From Enoplolaimus lenunculus (lineage: Eukaryota), in the NCBI GenBank assembly GCA_030248215.1, contig JASANG010001204.1, positions 248,001 to 312,000 of the forward strand: a DNA stretch of 64,000 nt, given 5' to 3'. Made by a program: the position numbers and the translations under genes. Positions 57,534-64,000 of this stretch are shown one piece after another. The first letter of the stretch is position 1. Each line of letters starts with the position of its first letter. The notes under the pieces are model-generated. The model saw nothing but the letters and a program-made list of their open reading frames with translations, was not told where the DNA came from and searched no databases.

Positions 57534-59908
57534 TAGCGGTCACAACTGGAAACGCTAAAGTTCAACCTTAACGCATCTTTGACACACCAGTAAAGTTTTT
57601 GCGTAGTTCTGTGACCACAACATGCGCAGCGTAAATGGAAATGTTCCAATTTTAAAAAATCGTACGGGCCATGGGTCAGGTGGTTCAACCCCAGGGAAAT
57701 ATTGCCCACCTTTTCCATGTAAAGTTTTAGCGTCACAGTAAGCTGGTTACGTCAACAGCATGTCTCTCCCACCGATTTATGACCGTATCACAATTTTTAA
57801 ATTATTATTCAATCGAACGTGGACATAGCTGTTCTATCTTTTGCTAAAAAGTATGGTGTCTGCTAACAATACAGAGTAACTTTTACTTTTTACTCCACAA
57901 ATAAGGTAGAACTGGAATTATGCTTCCGGTTCCAACTTACAGCAAATCGACCTCTGGTTCCGTTTCGGTAGAATTGACCACGAAATTTTTCTTATTTTTG
58001 TCTGTGCAATTTTTGTCCATCAATAATTTTGTTTGAAAGATAAACACAATTTGAAATGGTTTTTAATTACAGATATTCGTCACCAAGCAGCGCCTGAAAT
58101 GCTGGGGAACACGAGGTGCGTAAGTCGTGTATAACCAAGAACGAATAACCTCAAAACCGAAGCTTATGCGTATGTAGTCTAAGCAGTGATATAACTTGTA
58201 TGCTTCATGAAATTAGAGCTTTGAACGCAAATTAAAATTGTTACTTACTGAGAAAGTACTAGTTTTTTGCGACCTCGCATCTGCGAGGTATTGTTTAGAT
58301 GGTTTTTCGCTTTATTTTTTTATTTGCATACGCACGTTATATGTACTACTGTTTTAAAGCCATACTGTTATTTCGCAATTGATGCTTATACAATCAAACT
58401 TTGCTAATGTATATGGTCAATGTATAGTACAGGGGTTTTCCATTTTCCAATGTGGAAATCTGATGACCAGGAGTGCAGCGCAGCCACTTCTGTATGACGG
58501 CTTGCAATTTCGCTGGTTTGATAGGAAAAATTACAGGCACAAATTTGGCTGGGAAAACTGGAAAAGCGGAACATTTTGACGCCTGAATATTCCCATGTTG
58601 GGTGGGGAAAGTTAAAGGTTTAAACGAGGTTCAGAAACAGTTTCTGAACTCCGTTTAAACCTTAAACCAGTAAAAGAGGAAAAGTTAAACGTATAGGTTT
58701 TCTCTAGGCCTGGTCTGGTAGGAATAGTTTGGTTGTTTCGTCTGAAAAATCGGGGTGTGTGGTTCGATTTGGAAAACGGGAAAAGTGGAAAAGTTAAACG
58801 TATAGGCTTTCTCTGGGTAAACCGTTTCGTAGGTTTGTCTGGAAAATTGGGTGTGTGGTTCGGATCGGAAGACAAGAAAACTGGAAAATTGAAAAAACTA
58901 CTAGAATAGTTTTGAACTGTTTGGTGCTTCACTGGTGGCAGCGACCATCCTGCTTTAGCAGGGTTTGCACGATGTTATGCCGCTGTTTTGTTAGAAATTT
59001 AGTAAGATTGCAATAAAACGTTTTTTCTGTTTTCCTCCGCTTTTTTCCACCCCTTCGGAACAACGGAAAACAACCGAAAAAAAACCGTTTTTTCTGTCGG
59101 CTTTAAGGTGCCCAACCCTGCAGTTTAGTATCCCTTCAAATAGCGGGGGGTGGGGGTTCCACAGTTGGTCTTAAACGTAAAAGATTGTACCTTCAAATTG
59201 TCGGGGACCCCCACAATTTGTCTTTAGATACGCGAATGATTGTGGCGAGGTGAACTTTTCCCTAACAATTATGGGAAAATCATAAGTAGGATTAAAAGTT
59301 TCAACTTTTCCCGTTTTTTATACAAAATCTACTTTCAGACACTCCCTACGTAACCAAGGAAAACTTATACGTTTAATATGTTCGACTTTTTCCGTTTACC
59401 AAACAAAACCTGTGCTTCAGATTTCCCCTACCAAACCATCGATGATGTAAAAGCTTAAATTTTCAACTTTTCCCGTTTTCCAAACAAACTTTACGTTCCA
59501 GATTTTTCCTACCGAACCAGTGAATATTTAGGCTTATGAATATTTCACATTTCCGGCGTTCCCAGCCAAACTTTTATGTTCGTTTTTCGACAGTTTGCGT
59601 AGAAAGATGTTCGGAGATTTACGTTAACTCGTGTTGGAAAAATGTTGTAGGCTAAAAAGAATACCAAATGCACTCTTATATAGAAAAGCGTAAAAAAGTT
59701 AATTTCTGTAGACGCAGGAAGAAGTGCGTATCGGTTGTTCAGCAGCTACGGGGCGTACAATTACAAAAATCATATGTTTGAGGGACGATACCAGGCTTCT
59801 AAATTAAATACTACAAAACTTTGTACATGTTGCTAATCATTCTGTGTAGTCTGTGAAACTAACTGAAATGGTGTAAATCTTCCCGCGATCAGATTATTTG
59901 TTCACGAG

Positions 59909-61131
59909 TAGTGTTGTGCACTGGCCAGCAACCGGCCGGCCAGTAATTGCTTATCACAGAAAAAGCTGAAAAAATTGTGACATGATAAATTTAATATTTT
60001 TGAGCATATTTAGATTTCGATTCCAAAACTTTTAGCTGAAATCTGACATGTTTGCTACACTTATATATCATCATGGTCAATGTTAAGATTGAATCACTGA
60101 TTGAAACTACTTTGGTTGCAGTTGTATTCTAGACAACTCATGGTGGAACAAAGAGCTGCAGATGATCTGGTTTCCGTTGCCTTTTACAAAAAAATAGCGG
60201 AATCTTTCACCGGAGTTTATATAAATGTTTTTTGACAATAATAAAGGAAATACTAATGGTATCGTATTAAATCATCTCGGATTTTCTCACCGATTAATTC
60301 TGATTTTGAAAAGTAAAAAGTTTTTAGAGTTAGATTCAGCATAAATGAAGTTAGTTTCGGTTTAGGTTTTGTTTGCTTGTGATAGCTACGAGTTGCGCCT
60401 ACAGTTTTAGAATTTATAAAGGAGTCACTGCCGCAAAATTCCAGAAATATATACCTAAAACACCTATTTCTACGCCTTTGTTTATTGTATATTTAAAAAA
60501 TTTATACATAGTGCAAGCGTGCTTTGAGGTTTGGTTTGTCTACGCAGTACTTCTGCATTGTTGTGCCCCGGGACGGCCCTATGGTTCTAAGCATATTAAC
60601 ACGGCCAATATTATATGATCATTGAACGCTTCGCCGTAATTGCATGATGGGAGAGTGATCGGCAATATTTTGCATAGATGTAGTGGCACATAAAATAATT
60701 AGAAACTGTGCTGTAAACTGTCTTCTGTTAAGCATATGAAATACTACAGACCTTGTTCTTAGTTTAATGTATATACATTTCACAACGAAGTCGCTTCTTA
60801 TTGAATTACAGAGCCTGAAATGTTTATTAATGTTTTAGAAAGGCAACGATATATACACTGCAAGGCTTTTCCTGACTACACAAACTGATTCAAAATTGGA
60901 CTCTACCTGAGTCAAATTCCACACAATTTGACTCTGGCAGTGTCGAATTTTAACTCAGTTTGTGTAGTCCCGTAGAGCCTATTTCGGAGAGAGTCAATTT
61001 GACTCACCATTTTTTGCAGTGTAGATATACCATAAAATGTTTGATAATTTTTAAAATTTTGTATATTGGCCGGCCGGCGGACAATGACCGGCCGGCCGGC
61101 CAGTAAAAAAAGTGGTAACTGCACAGCACTA
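59909..61131. mobile_element. 1.2-kb non-autonomous hAT-like element
   Basis: tagtgttgtgca / tgcacagcacta TIR, ccggccggcc subterminal repeats, exact 8-bp TSD ttcacgag at 59901-59908 and 61132-61139. Confidence 0.88.
60856..61021. mobile_element. MITE family A, copy 6 (left arm deleted), nested in the hAT-like element
   Basis: ta-cactgca ... gactcaccattttttgcagtg-ta. Confidence 0.82.
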
Positions 61132-61459
61132 TTCACGAGTTATTGAAAGCGGAGGATTTTGGGGGCGGCAGCCCCTCATCCTGCTTAGGGTCTCTTAAAA
61201 TTGCGGGGGGTTCAAGGGTGGCAGAAGCACCCACTGAGAACTTTACTACAAAAGTTTTCTATGTCGAGGAGAGAAGGTTTTAGGACAGAAAATTTATCTT
61301 TTATTTTGTCCTGAGGGTTGGCTATCGCCCAAATCCAAACACTAAGCCATCCGGAAACGTGTTTAATGTGGTGGCCGCTGTGAATGAATTTGCAGCAGGG
61401 TCCTATCGGATCTCTGTTTTTGGTGAAAATCAATGTCCGACCCTGACAATTTTCCGTAG

Positions 61460-62345
61460 AACCCCAATTTCCCAGCATCCCGATTTTCCAAAATCTCTTA
61501 TTCCAGGGTTATATCCAAATTTTCCGAAATCCCAAGCGATAAGTGCTGCACCCAAAATCCCAATTTCCCTGGTAATATCCGAATTGCCCAAAATCCCAAT
61601 TTCCCGGGTAATGTCCGAATTGCCCAAAATCCCAATTTCCCGGGTAATGTCCGAATTTCCCAAAACCCCAATTTCCCGGTTAATATTCCAATTTCCCAAA
61701 ATTCCGAGTGAGAATACCCTCCGGCTCCGGTATAATTTTTTTGCCAGAGGTTCCCGCAATTTCGGTAGTAAAATTTTGCATATTTTTTTGTTTAGGGCGT
61801 TTCGATTGATTTTTCACAATTTTCATGAAAGAATTGCCGAAATTTGGCAGAAAATTAGCGTGAAACCAAACAACTTAACATTTTGCAGATTTTTGCTAAA
61901 ATTAATTAAACTAACCATCATTTTTACTACTTAATTTCGCCTCACCTCCTGCTCCGGTAAGTTTCGTTGACCTCCGGCTCCGGCTCCAGTATTTTTCACC
62001 TCCGGTTGTACCCTGCTAAATATCAATTTCCCGGGTAATATCCCAATTTCACAAAATTCCAATTTCTCAAAATACCGAGCGAAAAGGGCTGTGCCCAAAA
62101 CACCGAGCGAAAAAGGCTGTGCTTAAAATCCCAATTTCCCGGGTAATATGTTCCCGAATTTCCCAAAATCCCAATTTTCCAAAAATACGAATTTCCCAGA
62201 ACCCGACCGAAAAAGGCTGCACCCACAATCCCAATAATATCCTGGGTTAGGTAATATCCCAATTTACCAAAATCCCGTGCGAACAGACTGCGCCCAAAAT
62301 CTCAAATTCCTAGCTAAATATTCGAATATCCGAAAGTCCCAATTT
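61460..62345. repeat. 36-bp minisatellite (cccaaaatcccaatttcccgggtaatgtccgaattg), interrupted by a ccggag-type MITE
   Basis: Units at 61551, 61587, 61623, 61659; resumes after ~62020. Confidence 0.8.
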
Positions 62346-62536
62346 CACAGATATATCCGTTGAGTATTCCAAACATTGAAGATGTTTTATTTTACAACGA
62401 GTGTCGCTTGAAAGATGCAAATATTCACCATGATTTTTAACATAAAGAAAAAATTCGCATACGCGTAAAGTTTTAATATTTTTAGATGAATTTGGCATTC
62501 TTAGTATCGCACAGTTGGCCCACGTTACGCTGAGGG

Positions 62537-64000
62537 CCGTCCCGCTGTCCCGGGACAGTGGGACAGTGGGACAGCGGGACAGTAGGACAGCGGGACTGTC
62601 CTACTAACCCATTGTCCCGCTGTCCTCCGTCCCACTGTCCCATTGTCCCGCTGTCCCACTGTCCCTCTGTCCTACTGTCCCACTGTCCCGCTGTCCTACT
62701 GTCCCACTGTCCTACTGTCTCACTGTCCTGCTGTCCCACTGTGCTGCACTGTGAATTTCAGTGAGTTGATTTTAACTCAGAATGAGTTAAATCACTCAGT
62801 CTGAGTTAGGACTATCAGAACTCAGAATTTTCGGTTGATTCAATTCATTCTGAGTTAATTAATTAACTCGCCCAGAGTCAACTCAACTCACAGTGAGAAT
62901 CAAGTCAACTCAGAGTGAGTTAAAGCATTCTGTTATTAACTCAGAAATAACTAACTTTCCGCCCGAGTTAATCAATTAACTCATTGGAATTTACAGTGTA
63001 CTGTCCCGCTGTCCTACTGTCACGCTGTCCTACTGTCCCGATGTCCCACTGTCCCGCTGTGCCACTCTCCTACTGTCCCGCTGTCCTACTGTCCTGCTGT
63101 CCCGCTGTCCGACTGTCCCGCTGTCCTACTGTACCGCTGTCCCACTGTCTGTCCTACTGTCCCGCTGTCCTACTGTCCCGCTGTCCCACTGTCCCACTGT
63201 CCTACTGCCCTACTGTCCCGCTGTCCTGCCGTCTTACTGTCCCGCTGTCCTACTGCCCCGTTGTCCCGCTGACCTACTGTCCCGCTGTTCCACTGTCCCG
63301 CTGTCCCACTGTCCTACTGTCCCACTGTCCTACTGTCCCGCTGTCCTACTGTCCCGCTGTCCTACTGTCCCGCTGTCCTGCTGTCCCGCTGTCCTACTGT
63401 CACGCTGTCCGCTGTCCCACTGTCCCGCTGTCCTACTGTCCCGCTGTCCTACTGTCCCGCTGTCCTACTGTCCAGCTGCCCTACTGTCCCGCGGTCCCAC
63501 TGTCCTACTGTCCCACTGTCCCACTGTCCCGCTGTCATACTGTCCCGCTGTCCTACTGTCCCGCTGTCCCACTGCCCCGCTGTCCTACTGTCCCGCTGTC
63601 CTACTGTCCTGCTGTCCCACTGTCCTACTGTCCCGTTGTCCTACTGTCCCGCTGTCCTGCTGTCCCGCTGTCCCACTGTCCCGCTGTCCACTGTCCCGCT
63701 GTCCTACTGTCCCGCTGTCCTACTGTCCCGATGTCCTACTGTCCTGCTGTCCCGATGTCCCGCTGTCCTACTGTCCCACTGTCCCGCTGTCCTACTGTCC
63801 CGCTGTCCCACTGTCCTACTGTCCCGCTGTCCTACTGTCCCGCTGTCCTACTGTCACGCTGTCCTACTGTCCCGATGTCCCACTGTCCCGCTGTGCCGCT
63901 GTGCCACTGTCCTACTGTCCCGCTGTCCTACTGTCCTGCTGTCCCGCTGTCCGACTGTCCCGCTGTCCTACTGTACCGCTATCCCACTGTCTGTCCTACT
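62537..64000. repeat. 8-bp satellite ctgtcc(cg/ta/ca), runs off window end
   Basis: Continuous octamer array; short inverted block gggacag at ~62552-62595. Confidence 0.95.
62747..62998. mobile_element. CACTG-ended MITE (aactca/tgagtt-rich subfamily) inserted in the satellite
   Basis: cactgtgaatttcagtgagtt / aactcattggaatttacagtg TIR; satellite resumes on both sides. Confidence 0.8.

Noticed and set aside
61359..61934. Longest ORF (191 aa) as a gene
   Set aside because: 12-aa periodicity comes from the 36-bp minisatellite and the ORF runs into a MITE; opposite strand is open too.

Overview
AT-rich, intron-rich, repeat-dense eukaryotic DNA from an invertebrate animal (TRPA1 sequence looks arthropod-like; species not determinable). 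Two spliced protein-coding genes were reconstructed by hand, both on the minus strand; the ORF track shows them only as fragments or misses them. (1) A TRPA1 ion-channel gene: 22 GT-AG exons from ATG at 24156 down to 727 join in one open frame of 3033 nt (1011 codons: ankyrin repeats, linker, S1-S6, start of the TRP-like helix); the C-terminal exons lie beyond the left edge. It keeps two electrophile-sensing cysteines but has a degenerate S2-S3 calcium site. (2) About 6.5 kb upstream, a 4-exon gene (35042..30608) for a 182-aa protein with signal peptide, a 10-Cys Ly6/quiver-like (three-finger) ectodomain and a C-terminal hydrophobic anchor. The rest is non-autonomous mobile DNA: CACTG-ended, TA-flanked, hAT-like, Harbinger-like and TTAA-type MITE families (one carrying tRNA-like A/B boxes), a tRNA-derived SINE, a DINE-1/Helentron-like element with a 155-bp tandem array, minisatellites and an 8-bp satellite with higher-order structure at the right edge. 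No prokaryotic features or CRISPR arrays. Comparisons with human/fly TRPA1 are from memory of those sequences and need confirming by alignment.
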